A stretch of 64,000 nt of DNA from Nemertoderma westbladi. Its lineage: Eukaryota > Animalia > Xenacoelomorpha. The notes under the pieces are model-generated. The model saw nothing but the letters and a program-made list of their open reading frames with translations. It searched no databases and was not told the DNA's origin. Every line of letters begins with the position of its first letter. Within the stretch, counting starts at the first letter, position 1. Positions 33,471 to 45,061 of the stretch are shown one piece after another. Where the stretch lies: positions 62,001 to 126,000 of the forward strand of contig JAUCBJ010001416.1 in NCBI GenBank assembly GCA_032718475.1. The letters run 5' to 3'. The position numbers and the translations under genes were made by a program.

Positions 33471-33859
33471 TAGATTATTTTACTATTCTCACTAAGGCAC
33501 AGAGAGAATCCCGACTCAAAAGGACTACAGCGGCCAAGAAAGTTAATGCTGCATCTAGGTTATTTTACATATATATATATAGCTGGTTATAGTTTGTCAA
33601 AGAATTAAATTCGTAGTTACTTTGATGCACCCAGTGTTTTCACACTAACTTAATAGTAAAATAGAAAATAGGAGAGAACAGTTAATTAATAAGATTGTGG
33701 GAAAAATGAAATACCGTACGTACATTGTTGTACGAAATTTGCCACCACAAATAATAATATTCACCAAGCGGCTAAAAATAAATGATCTTTTCAAATTGGT
33801 TTATACCAATATAGCAATGTTATTCGTGAATGCTTGTTGTCAAATTACACATGATAAGT

Positions 33860-36800
33860 TCAAAGCAACGACTGTAAATATTGAATATAATAAACACGAG
33901 GAAACCTGAAGGCTGTGCTAAAATCCTTTAAATTAAATGGATTCATGTTAGATGGATTGGTACCGGAATCAACTAGTTTGAATATACAATTGCAACGTAA
34001 ACTAATATCAACTGTTCGATCCGGCAACTTAGACGACAATTTATCAACAGTTTTGCGAACACAATCCATTAATCCTACAACTTCTTTATACGTGTTCATC
34101 TCTTCCGCGTCAAACAAACGCATGTCTTGGTCGATAGAATTCTTATTGCTATGCAATATGCGATGTATTGGGTTAAGTAATACTCGAATACATTCTATTG
34201 GATTGGTGATGCCATGCAGTCGCTGCATACAATGCATTGATATATTAAAAGCAATAAACGGGTTTACAACAATTCCACTGAGTTCCACCTCCAGGGAACC
34301 AAATGACGGAACATCCAAGGTAACTGAACCACCAGGGTAAACTAATAAAGCTATAGAAATTGTTAAAGTAGAAGCAAGTTTTCGAACAATGAATGATTCA
34401 TCAATAATTATTTGATTGATAATTTCCCATAATTTGAAACAACATTCAAGACTACATAAAGTGAAAATCTTCGGTGGAAAATACGACAAACCTTCTGCAG
34501 CAGACTGGCGGATCGCTAGAGAAACTGTGACGTCAATAGATTCGCTAATGATATCAATAAATGCGATTAGAGTTTGTTCCCATGACGATTGCCTACAATC
34601 AATGGTTCTTCGACATATCCTACTGAGTAAGCGAATTCTAGCGCATTGGACACTCTCATTGGCACTTTCAAAAGTGCTACTGTCCATTAAATAAGGAAGA
34701 ATATTTGAAATAGTCAACCAGTCACAAATCTGAGAAGCTATGTTCATGCAACTAGTCCATTGTTCGGCCACTAAATTAATTTCAGTTTGTAATAAGTTTG
34801 TTACAACTGTAGCACTTAACTTAATGTCTCTAGACAGTTCATGTCTCAGTTGCTCACTGCTCATATTCTGTATAAATTGGAAGGCAGCATTTCTAGCATC
34901 GATATTATTATCATTTATTAAATCCAATAGTCTTTCAGAACCGATATGTTTCAGTTCAAACCCAACTGATTCCTGTATAAATAACAAGAAACCAGGGGAA
35001 TCCTGATGGTTATAGGTTGAGTAAAGTTCTGGAACAAAGGAAGAATCATATACAGATTGGTAGCTTTTGTACTTCCAATTGTTTATCACTATGGAAACTA
35101 AATCTTCACGTACATTCACAGGAAGATCCATTTTCAGAAATAAATCAGTTAATTTGATAGCAGATCGGATGAGAACCAGACATGGATTAGTTGACAGGTT
35201 TAATAGTGATAGTTGATGCAAATTTAAAATTATTTGTAACTGGTCACCCAAAAACACACGCAGAAAAGAAAATTTTCGAAACAAACCAGTAATTAGCAGC
35301 AGGATACCATGCATTGTATTTGTATCAATTTTATGCAAATATAAATCTATGAATCCACTTTGTCTATCAATCAGGTAATGGTCACAGGATGTCTCAAACT
35401 GTTCAGTTGAAACTAGAAATGAATACAATTGTAACACAACATGAAACACATCAGCTGGAGCAAGTAATGGAGGTAAAGCATCTGATGCCTTTATACGGAT
35501 GCGCATAACAGGTGATTGACATGATAGGATTACTGATGGTATTAGCTGAGAGCATGCACGAACCTCTATGGTATCATTTGTGGATGAAGTTCCAAGCCGA
35601 GACAACAAAAGAAGGATGGCAAAATGTGATGGGTTTACATCAGAAGAAGAAGAGTCCATAGGAAGACTGGGTGTTCCCTCATTAATGGAACTGATTTTGT
35701 CTTTGCGGAGGAACTGTGGATTATGCAAAGTAATTTTAGCGAGTTGCGAAACTAAGTAAGGGAACAACTCCCCAAACCGTTGTAAAATATCTTTGATGGT
35801 CACAGAAACAAAGTTATTGCTGCTACTAATTCCTTGCATATCCACTAATGTAGGACATATTTGCCCTTCACAGCCAAATAGCCTGGTAATAATTGCACTG
35901 AAAAGTAGCATTGATGAGTTTTGAACAGGCCAAATATTTGACTGGAAGCCATGCAGTGCCTTGACTAGAGCAGAGTCCAAGTAAGGTTGAATTGACTCAC
36001 TCAGATGAGTATTACGCACAAAAGCACGAATAATATTAAGACAATGAACACTGGTTGAAAGTGAAGTATTCAAATCAATGTTGTTAATAAGCCTAACCAT
36101 GACAGTCTTAAGGATCTGATTGTGGGTTTGTTTAGGTGATGTTGTTACAACAGCTAAAAGCGTATGTGGAATACCAACACTGCGTCTGGTGAGACACAAT
36201 TGGCTGGAATAAAGAGGATTCTCGATAGAACTCATGAGATCCATCATCCATTGGTGAGGTAAAGTTGATAAACTGCCATTATTGGCCCTCCAAAGGAAAT
36301 TACAGAGGCGAGTGAATCCAACATAGGCCTGTTCAAATGCTCCCATGTGTCGTGCTTCTAAGAGCACAGACAACATTGCTTTACCAATATTAATTACCTG
36401 ATCCTCCATGATAATGCCATCATCAACAATGTTAGGGACATGAACAATGTTGCCGAGAAGTATACAGGATTCTTTGATTACACGCCAACTAACAAATGTA
36501 ATAATCTGCGATGTCACAGATGCATCATTTGGATCAAATTCGAGAGAGTTCATACATTCCACAAAGTCATCTATTGTGGTTGTTACATCAGGTGTAAAGC
36601 CTTCAGGGGCTGCACCACAAACAATTGGATGGACACTGGCAATACAATCAATAGACACATCAATGACATCAGTAATGAACTGTTTAACATGCAGTGATTT
36701 GCCGAATGATTGAATGGTTGACACTGAATCAAGCAGGATATGGCTAAGGCAAGATATAAGACCATGGGTAGGGAATTTTGCCAAGGACAGCTGATCATTA

Positions 36801-39253
36801 CCACCAGAACACAATCGTTGCTTGATTAGAACCCTGATAACATTACAAGTAGTAAAGGTGGAGTTTATTGAATATGTGGAATCAGCACTATTTTCTGATT
36901 GGCGGTCACTTTTATGCATGTTTTCAGAAGATGAGACAAGAAGAGAAACATCTTTCAGACATTGGTCTATTTTATTATTGCTTTTTTCTGCAATCAAAGC
37001 ATCCTCCATGATTAAAAAACACTTGATCAAGCATGTTCCAGTAGGATAGTTGTCTGGTTTTAAACTTCCAACGAGTTGTATAGCTAAGGAAAACAAGTTA
37101 TCCATGTCAGCCCTTGGAAATATCTGGGAAGGTTGTTGGGTCAAACCAACAATAGAATTGAAAGTCTTTAGTGATATATTACGAATAATTTGAATAGAAT
37201 CAGTAAATAGATACATCAAATACATTAGGTTATCATATTTGATAAGATTATTAAAGTCATATATTTCAGGAAGTTGGTTGACTGTGGCATCCGTAAATGT
37301 TGACAGCATTGAATCTAAAAGACTTAAATTAATTATTCTGTGATGAAATGAGGATCCTGGTTGCAATCCCGTAAAGAGTATAACCCATAGCCAGTTTACA
37401 AGGTCTGCACTTCCATCAAGAAACATCTGGCTCATATTGCAAATGACATGATTGCGAATTCCTTGACTTATATTCCTTTGTAGAGAGTAACTAGATTCAC
37501 GGATTCTTGCAAATAGTTTCCGAAATACATTTTGAATTTGTTGTCGGCAAGAAGGGTCTTGTGTTATATGACCTCGAGTTAGCAAAAAGAGTTTGATTCC
37601 ATTAATATCAACCAAAGTCAGCGGTTCAGTCCCCTTATTGGATAAACATATAACACTGAGAGCATCCAATCGGAGTTGGTCATCACAGGCAACCAGAGCT
37701 GTTTGAATAATCCGAATAGGAATTATACCCTTTATAAACATATTAGCTTGGTTACCAAATTCTTTATTGAATGGCAGTAAGCCCAAAACTGAGCCAATCT
37801 TATAAACCATCATTTGGAATTCAATACCAAATCGATTTGGATCATTAGAAATACAGTTAACAGCTGTTGGTTCACACAATAACAATCGTTTGAAATAATC
37901 ACAATAATATGAAGAGCTAACTGGTGATTTAATCAATTCAGCAAACCCATCTAACCATAAAGTAAACCAAACCTCTAGGTTAGTAACTTCTTTGTGATGA
38001 TGTCTAAAAAAATGTTCTAGAACATCAATAATATAGGGAGCAAGACTATCATTTGATAAAAGAGACTTCAACTGGTCAATGAGTTTAAAATTAGAATATA
38101 TTATCCCATCAATAGATATATATTTGGCAATATTTGATAGCAATATGTATTTATATCTGGTTTCTGGTGCGAAATCAAGAGCCACAAAAAGTATTGAATC
38201 AAATATGTAACTTCGTTCTAATTTATTTATGATTTGAAAAAGAATCTGAATAATATCAGAAAGACGATGAAGTACACCACTAATAGGGGCATTTCTGTTG
38301 TCCGAAATCGTATGGAATATTTCCCAAATAGTTGAATCTTCCATTGTTTCAGATTCATAGGGTACTGGTACTCGTTTAAATATAATCTGTAAATTCAATA
38401 ATAAAACCTTAAGACACAAAAGTTTCCCAGTAACAAATTTAAAACTTGTTAAATATTGGCAGACAAGCAGTGGGAATCCTTTAAATAATCGCATTGATGT
38501 TGTAACACTTGTAGTTTCACTTAATGTACCATACATTATACATAACTTGGAATAATTATCAAACATAACTGGTCGAATAAGATATGATAATTGTGATTCA
38601 TATTGTCCAACATACTCAATATTATTATCTACCCATACTGAAACCGCTGTGGAAACAATATCATCACCAAAAGTCTGAAGAATAAACATAAGGAATATTC
38701 CAGCAAGAAGGGAAACTTCATTTAGAGTAGATGTTTGAACCAACTCCATAGTAATGGATACTGAAGTCTCCAAGTTGGGTTTCCAGCTGGCATTGGAAAA
38801 TTCATTCAAGTTAAGGGATTTCTTCAACAATATTAGTTGTAGTTTCAAAGAATCTACTAATAATAGATGTACATTGCATTCTTCTTTATGTGAGGTAAAG
38901 ATTCCTCTTGTATGTAATGTAAAAGCATCCACAATTAACTGATGCAACATACTAAATATCAACATCAACAAATCCATGGAGATTATAGATAAACATCTAT
39001 TGGAAGAGATTATCATATTTAAAGAATCCACAATATTTATTGAGTCAGTATTGCTGCTGTCGTATGTAAAACCATTTAATAACTTTCCCAGAGTAATGAG
39101 GTTGCTGGTCAATAGGGTATCATCTGTTTTCCAAAGTTTTTCCATTTTATGAAATAACATTTTCTTTTCTTTTGATGATTTTTTAATTTGAACGAATATC
39201 TCAAAGTTATTTTTATCCATTATTATTTGAACGTTATTATCTACCGATTCCAT
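33860..39253 (-). CDS. THADA: THADA / Trm732 homolog (tRNA 2'-O-methylation cofactor, armadillo-like repeats, DUF2428 region), 1797 aa, intronless
   Basis: Family motifs in order: DDQLRLDAL, ARIRESS, APEG, SWRVIKESCILLG, RHMGAFEQAYVGF, TRRSVGIP, VHCLNIIRAFVRNTHL, WPVQNSSMLLFSAIITRLFG, LFDAEEMNTYKE. Length is typical. Confidence 0.9.
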   Translation of the reverse strand: MESVDNNVQIIMDKNNFEIFVQIKKSSKEKKMLFHKMEKLWKTDDTLLTSNLITLGKLLNGFTYDSSNTDSINIVDSLNMIISSNRCLSIISMDLLMLIFSMLHQLIVDAFTLHTRGIFTSHKEECNVHLLLVDSLKLQLILLKKSLNLNEFSNASWKPNLETSVSITMELVQTSTLNEVSLLAGIFLMFILQTFGDDIVSTAVSVWVDNNIEYVGQYESQLSYLIRPVMFDNYSKLCIMYGTLSETTSVTTSMRLFKGFPLLVCQYLTSFKFVTGKLLCLKVLLLNLQIIFKRVPVPYESETMEDSTIWEIFHTISDNRNAPISGVLHRLSDIIQILFQIINKLERSYIFDSILFVALDFAPETRYKYILLSNIAKYISIDGIIYSNFKLIDQLKSLLSNDSLAPYIIDVLEHFFRHHHKEVTNLEVWFTLWLDGFAELIKSPVSSSYYCDYFKRLLLCEPTAVNCISNDPNRFGIEFQMMVYKIGSVLGLLPFNKEFGNQANMFIKGIIPIRIIQTALVACDDQLRLDALSVICLSNKGTEPLTLVDINGIKLFLLTRGHITQDPSCRQQIQNVFRKLFARIRESSYSLQRNISQGIRNHVICNMSQMFLDGSADLVNWLWVILFTGLQPGSSFHHRIINLSLLDSMLSTFTDATVNQLPEIYDFNNLIKYDNLMYLMYLFTDSIQIIRNISLKTFNSIVGLTQQPSQIFPRADMDNLFSLAIQLVGSLKPDNYPTGTCLIKCFLIMEDALIAEKSNNKIDQCLKDVSLLVSSSENMHKSDRQSENSADSTYSINSTFTTCNVIRVLIKQRLCSGGNDQLSLAKFPTHGLISCLSHILLDSVSTIQSFGKSLHVKQFITDVIDVSIDCIASVHPIVCGAAPEGFTPDVTTTIDDFVECMNSLEFDPNDASVTSQIITFVSWRVIKESCILLGNIVHVPNIVDDGIIMEDQVINIGKAMLSVLLEARHMGAFEQAYVGFTRLCNFLWRANNGSLSTLPHQWMMDLMSSIENPLYSSQLCLTRRSVGIPHTLLAVVTTSPKQTHNQILKTVMVRLINNIDLNTSLSTSVHCLNIIRAFVRNTHLSESIQPYLDSALVKALHGFQSNIWPVQNSSMLLFSAIITRLFGCEGQICPTLVDMQGISSSNNFVSVTIKDILQRFGELFPYLVSQLAKITLHNPQFLRKDKISSINEGTPSLPMDSSSSDVNPSHFAILLLLSRLGTSSTNDTIEVRACSQLIPSVILSCQSPVMRIRIKASDALPPLLAPADVFHVVLQLYSFLVSTEQFETSCDHYLIDRQSGFIDLYLHKIDTNTMHGILLLITGLFRKFSFLRVFLGDQLQIILNLHQLSLLNLSTNPCLVLIRSAIKLTDLFLKMDLPVNVREDLVSIVINNWKYKSYQSVYDSSFVPELYSTYNHQDSPGFLLFIQESVGFELKHIGSERLLDLINDNNIDARNAAFQFIQNMSSEQLRHELSRDIKLSATVVTNLLQTEINLVAEQWTSCMNIASQICDWLTISNILPYLMDSSTFESANESVQCARIRLLSRICRRTIDCRQSSWEQTLIAFIDIISESIDVTVSLAIRQSAAEGLSYFPPKIFTLCSLECCFKLWEIINQIIIDESFIVRKLASTLTISIALLVYPGGSVTLDVPSFGSLEVELSGIVVNPFIAFNISMHCMQRLHGITNPIECIRVLLNPIHRILHSNKNSIDQDMRLFDAEEMNTYKEVVGLMDCVRKTVDKLSSKLPDRTVDISLRCNCIFKLVDSGTNPSNMNPFNLKDFSTAFRFPRVYYIQYLQSLL

Positions 39254-39320
39254 CTTTATATGATGTAAAAATAGTTTATATAATAATGATTACTGGTAAC
39301 AGGCTAAGTAGCAGACTAAG

Positions 39321-39956
39321 TTACAGGCCCAACTTAGCAAAAGATTCTAATTCAGTAACCTGGCTATATTCACTAGTTTGCGAAACATATTGCAACATTG
39401 GTCGATGTATCGGAAACTTACCAGTCCGTCGCCGGACATTCTGACTGGCCATAAACTCTATTAGAGGGGGGAATTCTGTGTCGCTTTTCTGTTGAATTTC
39501 CTCGACACGTCGCAAATGAAGTCGTTCACGGAGGCCACACGGGAAGCAGAAATCATCGATTTCACTTTTCCTAACCAAAAACCAAACGGAATGCCGCGCA
39601 TCATTCGCAGATATTTGAACTTCAGAACTTTGAGTAACTCCCTCTTTGGTAAAAATCCCGTATATTTCAACCTTCGGTGTCCAATAATCAACTGTATTAA
39701 CTTTAGTGAGAAGGTTCAGTACTTTGGTAATTTTATAGTAGGATGGAAGAGGTTCAGGCCACTTACTCCACGTGAAGTTAGACACGATGGAACCAACACC
39801 TTTATTCCTTTGTTTCTGTAATATATTTAGCAAAGAATCAGAACTCTCGTGACGGGGGAATCCTAAACCAGCTGGTTTCTGTATCACTTTTATTCCAAGT
39901 TTCTTTGCGTGAGTTATAGGAATTGCCTTTATTAATGAGATAACAGAAGTAGTCAT
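39321..39956 (-). CDS. MRPS34: Mitochondrial ribosomal protein S34 (mS34), 211 aa, intronless
   Basis: LLNILQKQRNKGVGSIV...W.KWPEP..SYYKITKV...YGIFTKEG...WFLV...FPPLIEFM resembles the mS34 family pattern. Size is typical. Confidence 0.75.
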   Translation of the reverse strand: MTTSVISLIKAIPITHAKKLGIKVIQKPAGLGFPRHESSDSLLNILQKQRNKGVGSIVSNFTWSKWPEPLPSYYKITKVLNLLTKVNTVDYWTPKVEIYGIFTKEGVTQSSEVQISANDARHSVWFLVRKSEIDDFCFPCGLRERLHLRRVEEIQQKSDTEFPPLIEFMASQNVRRRTGKFPIHRPMLQYVSQTSEYSQVTELESFAKLGL

Positions 39957-39974
39957 ATTACATTGTAATTTCTA

Positions 39975-40005
39975 CTATGAGAACCAAAACAAAATAAAAA
40001 AAAGC
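39975..40005 (-). promoter_or_regulatory. Splice acceptor (cis or trans) 18 nt upstream of the MRPS34 ATG
   Basis: Minus strand reads TTTTTTTATTTTGTTTTGGTTCTCATAG, then TAGAAATTACAATGTAAT-ATG. Confidence 0.55.
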
Positions 40006-40925
40006 CTACGGTATATTAGTCGGGGAGAAGTTATATTTAAAAAACCTATTGAAATATCAAATTTTTTTAAATTCAATTTCAAAAAAATTCAACTTTTTAA
40101 AAATATCATTTTGAACTTTGGCAGTACCGGTACTAGGTAGGCCTAAGTTTGGAAATATGGAGGTAGAATGAATCCGATTCAAGCTCAGCGCTCAGGGGAA
40201 TTCATTATTCCATATATAATAATTATGACACTTCACCACACTGCCGTACCGACACAGGTCAATTCGACAAAGAATTTATGTAACGAAGTGTCTTATGTCG
40301 AAGTGACTCTTAACTCAGCAATTTCGCTACAGATTTAGAGACACTTCGTCACAACTTAATAATAATTGAATGTATTTCTCTCTATTTTATTATTTATTTA
40401 TTTACAGGTGATCTTCTGATTATCATAGTCAGTCATTGTCATATCAATCAATAATAGGCCTACAATAATAAAGGATTAGCTGATTAGGATACAATGTTAG
40501 ATGAACCCACAAAAACCGTAGTTCTTACAGTAGTACCGTTACCGTACTGCCGTAGCCGATTTCCCCCTTCCTTCCCTAAAAACTGAATTGTTTTACAAAT
40601 TTTTTACATATAAAATTACAGAATTAAAATTGAATAGGCCCTATTATAACTTTGGTAGGCCCATAATTCTGTACTTTAGAGTCTCTTTCAATATTCAGTA
40701 TTCGGTAGGCCAGGTCCTACCGAATTTGCCTAATTTTTTTTTAATCGGACGATCCATCCATAGTGTGCCGGAAGTACATACCGATACGGTACTCCTATAC
40801 TCAGGTACCGGCAGACCGGTACGGTACTGACGACAATTGACATATCAGCATATGTCGTAACGGAATGTGGAATGTGAATCACATGTCAGCATGTTACGAC
40901 ATACCGTTCAGCCGTTACCATCACT

Positions 40926-41816
40926 CCAGGTTGGAATTCATGCATGAGCGCGCAGGTACGCTTTGTTGTTTTGAAATCACCGCGCACCTGAAATTGGCTC
41001 GTCGCGCACCTCATCATAATCCAAACAAAATCGCGCAGCTCATGTCATGAATATCTCAAAAAATCGCACAGTTCATAGGAACAACAATTTTACATTCCTA
41101 TTTTACAGGTTTGAGCGTTTTAAGCTTATCTTTACGTCTGTCTGTCTGTACGTTGAATCTAGGCTTACATAATAAATGTAATTTTTGCAACATCAAAATT
41201 GTTAATATTAAAAAATATTTTTTTAATTCAATACTATGGTGGCCCATCGGGCTCACTGCTTTTATAACAGAAAATATTATTTTAGATTACAAACAAAACA
41301 TGTAATTTCAAAAAAACGAATATTGAAATAGGTACCAGTCTGCCAGTAATACTTTGTATAGGCCTACCTAACAATTAGGCTTAAACATACAGTTGGCTTA
41401 TAATTAAGTCATACTTATAATACATTGTTACTTTCTGAATTTACCTGTTTACTAACGTAACATCGGCATAGTATAGACCTAATAACAATACAACAATAGA
41501 GTACTGTAGTTAAAATAAATAGACAAATTCAGCTCCGGTTGCCGGTATTACAGTATTATGGTGAAGTGATTTGACTGTTTGAAGAATTGGAAATGATAAA
41601 CTAATGCGAGCGAAGCGAGCGAAATTTTTTTGTGTATTTTCGTAATTTCAATTAATTTGTGGTGCGCATCAAGAGGCAGAGCTGCGCGCTGAGGCGCAAC
41701 GCGCACCTGTCTCACCCGAACGTGCACCTGTCTCACCCAAACGCGCAACGCGCATCTGGTTTGCGGTCATTCGCGCAGGTACGCGTCCGAGTTTTGCAGC
41801 ATGAATTCCAACCTGG
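40926..41816. mobile_element. Non-autonomous TIR element, hAT-like
   Basis: 18-bp perfect TIR CCAGGTTGGAATTCATGC. 8-bp TSD CCATCACT at 40918-40925 and 41817-41824. Subterminal GCGCAGGT/GCGCACCT motifs. Confidence 0.85.
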
Positions 41817-42415
41817 CCATCACTCATCTCCAGACAGCCAGATCACATAAATGATGATGAGTGATGGTCAGGCAGTTGGCAGTTAGGATGGTAGTCATAG
41901 TCACAGAGTCACCAGGTCACAATCAGACAGTTAGCAGGTTAGAAAGGGTGAAGGGCCAGCGAAAAAATAAGACTTTGAGATAAATGCTTTAAAGTTTTTG
42001 TTGTTGAAATTCAATTAAAAAAAACACAATTCAATTACAGAATTAGGCCTGCTACCGGTAAATATGTAAACCAGTAAACAGTAGGTAAATGCTCATCACT
42101 CATCACAGCATCAGGCATCAGCTCATATTTTTCTTGTTACCGTTACCTGGACCTACCGGTACGCGGTACATACCTATAACACCGAACACAGTCTGACAGT
42201 ATGCAGTACAGCAGTACACCACGCCTAAAGATGAAAGAACTGAATTGCAAACTGGAACTGACAGACTGCAGGACTGGACTGGACTGGAGGGAAATTAAAT
42301 TTGATTCAAATTGCTGAATTGTGTTTTGTCTGTTTGTGACTTGTGTTCACAATGCAGCAATCAGGCAATGAATGCTCAACTCAGCAATTAACATTTGTGG
42401 GCCTACTTCGGTACC

Positions 42416-42523
42416 TGTAACCTGCTCCTTTCCCTAAATGGAGAATTTAACATTGAGGCGGGATATTAATTCGCCAAGACGGGTTTTGCGTCCAGTCCCT
42501 GGTCCCCCCCCCCCCCCCCCCCT
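42416..42523 (+). repeat. Dispersed repeat family; inverted copy at ~62728-62823 and partial copies at ~47838 and ~47906
   Basis: TGTAACCTGCTCCTTTCCCT...AATTTAACATTGAG.CGGGATATTAATTCGCCAAG is shared among the copies. Confidence 0.7.
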
Positions 42524-42635
42524 GCCTCAATCTTTAACCTGCGGTATTTTTTAGACCACCATTAACTGATTAATCCAAAAGTTAAACACACCCAAGCAGG
42601 GCTGCAGGGGTGTTTTTTTAATGTAAATTTTCATA

Positions 42636-42768
42636 TTATAGCTCGTTATAGGTGGTTATAGCCTGTTTATAGGAAAGTTATAGCCCATTATAGATCGTTA
42701 TAGCCCGTTATAGATCGTTATAGCCCGTTATAGATCTTTATAGATCGTTATAGCCCGTTATAGATCGT
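42636..42768. repeat. 10/20-bp minisatellite
   Basis: Alternating TTATAGCCCG / TTATAGATCG units. Confidence 0.75.
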
Positions 42769-43149
42769 TCTACCTTTTAGTACGTACCGCCTACTTCAGC
42801 TGTTCAGTATCATGTCAGCATGTATTCAGTCAGTCAGTCAGTCTGTACTCTGTGGGTAGATTACTGGATTATCAGATTATCACCGTCCGCCGTCCGCGTC
42901 CAGCCTGCCAGCCTTATGACCGTACTACCTGACTACAGTCAGCAGACAGTACTGCAGTACAGGTCTGCCGGTAGTAATTTTCATCATAAATTTATTGTTA
43001 AATTCACGAAAATTAATTGACATTAGTACAAATAATGCGACAGTATAAAATTTGATGATTAGAGAGACCGATAATTTCTGCATATGAAACTAGAAAGTGC
43101 CCCAAAAATTTATTAGCCGTTATTGAGAGAAACTTAACTTGCTTACTGG

Positions 43150-44397
43150 GCGGAAAAGCCAACCAACCACCAAGATTAAATCGCCCCAATGGTTGGAAGG
43201 CCCACTTTGAAAATATCCTCAATAATGACAGGGTATTGCCTGATAACTTTATAGAAGTAAAAGTGTCTGAGTCTGTACTCCCAGATATTCCCATTGGCGA
43301 TATCTCCTTTTGCAGAAGTGAAGGCTGCTGCAATGAGCATTAAAACCAATCGTGCCAGTGGAGTAGATGGTGTTCCCCCTGAGGTCTTTAAAATACCTGA
43401 GTGTTTAAAGCTCATCTATCCCATCAGTTTTTTTTAATATACAATTTTAGTTAGAAATTAGATTCCGATCATCATAATGATGATGGGGTGATGATAACTC
43501 CACCTACTGGCTCCAGAAGTCGAGGAAATCCTGCCAAGTACCTAACTGATCTAGACTTTGCTGATGACTTAGAAGTACTCTCAGAATCACTAGAGGGAGC
43601 CCAACGGCTCCTCAACTCATTAGAACATGCTGCTTCTAGTATTAGTCTTTTTATTAACTCCAGAAAGACCAAAATTTTGAAAGTTAACTTTGAAAGTCCT
43701 CAGCAAGTCTCTGATCGGATAAGCATAAGCTGAAAGGATGGTATGATTGAGCATGTGGACGACTTCTGTTACCTGGGATCATGGATCCGGAAGTCAGGTG
43801 AGGACCTTCGAATACGTAAGGGAAAGGCATGGGCAGCCTTGAATAGGCTTTCCAGGATTTGGAAGTCACCGAGAATTAATCGGAAACTTCAAGTCAAATT
43901 ATTTAGAGCAGCAGTAGTTCCAGTACTCCTCTATGGGAGTACATGCTGGGCTCTAACTGCTGAGGACACCAAATCTCTGGATGGCACATTCACAAAAATG
44001 CTACGCCGGGTTCATTGTTTCAAGTACAATGCACACATCTCCAACCAGACACTATATAACATTGGAGGTGTCTCATTGGTTCCCCCAAGTTTGACACTAG
44101 AACAAAATCATTGCCTCCGCTTTGCAGGACATTGCTTTCGCCGTGAGGACAAGCCAGTGCATAATCTTGTACTTTGGCAGCCTCATGGAGTGAATAAGCA
44201 TGGTGGACAGCCCATGACTTTCTTGAGACGCATCTTAAAGCACACTGGCCTTGAAGATGCGGATTATCTAGCAAATGTCATGGGTGATATGGAGTTGTGG
44301 CTGCGCAATTTTGTCGACAAGCAGGTACAGCATTCTTAAAAATGCAGCTGCAATGCAGCATGCCGATCCTATTAGTAGTAGTACTAGTAGTAGTAGA
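43150..44397 (+). pseudogene. 5'-truncated, internally deleted RTE-clade LINE
   Basis: RASGVDGVPPEVFK, TDLDFADD, FINSRKTKIL, HVDDFCYLGSWI, RKGKAWAALNRLSRIWKS, LFRAAVVPVLLYGSTCW, LRFAGHCFR. (AGT)n tail at ~44372-44397. Confidence 0.85.
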
Positions 44398-45061
44398 GAG
44401 AAACATTCCGAAATGCAAAAATTGAGAATACATTTTTGTCACGTATATGAAATTGTTAAAAAATATTTTCGTACTTTATGCGTCTATATTCTTGAAAATT
44501 GGAAGTGTCAATCATTTGTTAGTGGTATTCAGGTATCCGGCAAGAAATATCAGATCGAAGTAGAAAGTTGTTTTATAGAGAGAAAAAAATTTGAAATTCT
44601 GTCACGGATAAGAAATTTTTAAACCAGTGACAACATAAAGTTTCACTTTATGAGAAACCTTACCTTGAAAAGTTGGGCTAAATATTATATTTCCAGTTAA
44701 TAACAATGTAATACACAAAACTGTTTCATAAAGGTGAACTGAAAACCGTTATTTTATATCACACAATTAATTTGAAAATGTAAATAGACATTTTTTGATG
44801 TCATGTATGCGTATGGGACATATTGAAAGGAATTTACATAAAAACTATTATTATAATTTTTGACATTTATTTTCCAATCAAAACAAATCATAAAATATTT
44901 CAAAGAACTCCTCCTTACTAGAATTGTCCCATTCCCAACTTTCATCCCATTTGCAACTAATGTCCCAATCTCAAAACCCTTTCCACAGATAGTTAGTTAA
45001 TTTGGTAATAAATTAAATTGATCTATTGTCAATTAACGGGAAGGATCAGGTTACAGTTTAT

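Noticed and set aside
26248-33592. Very long ORFs (2415, 1578, 1332, 1080 aa) in all three + frames
   Set aside because: Artefact of a ~29-bp monomer lacking TAA/TAG/TGA. The same three peptides cycle through every frame and indels do not preserve frame.
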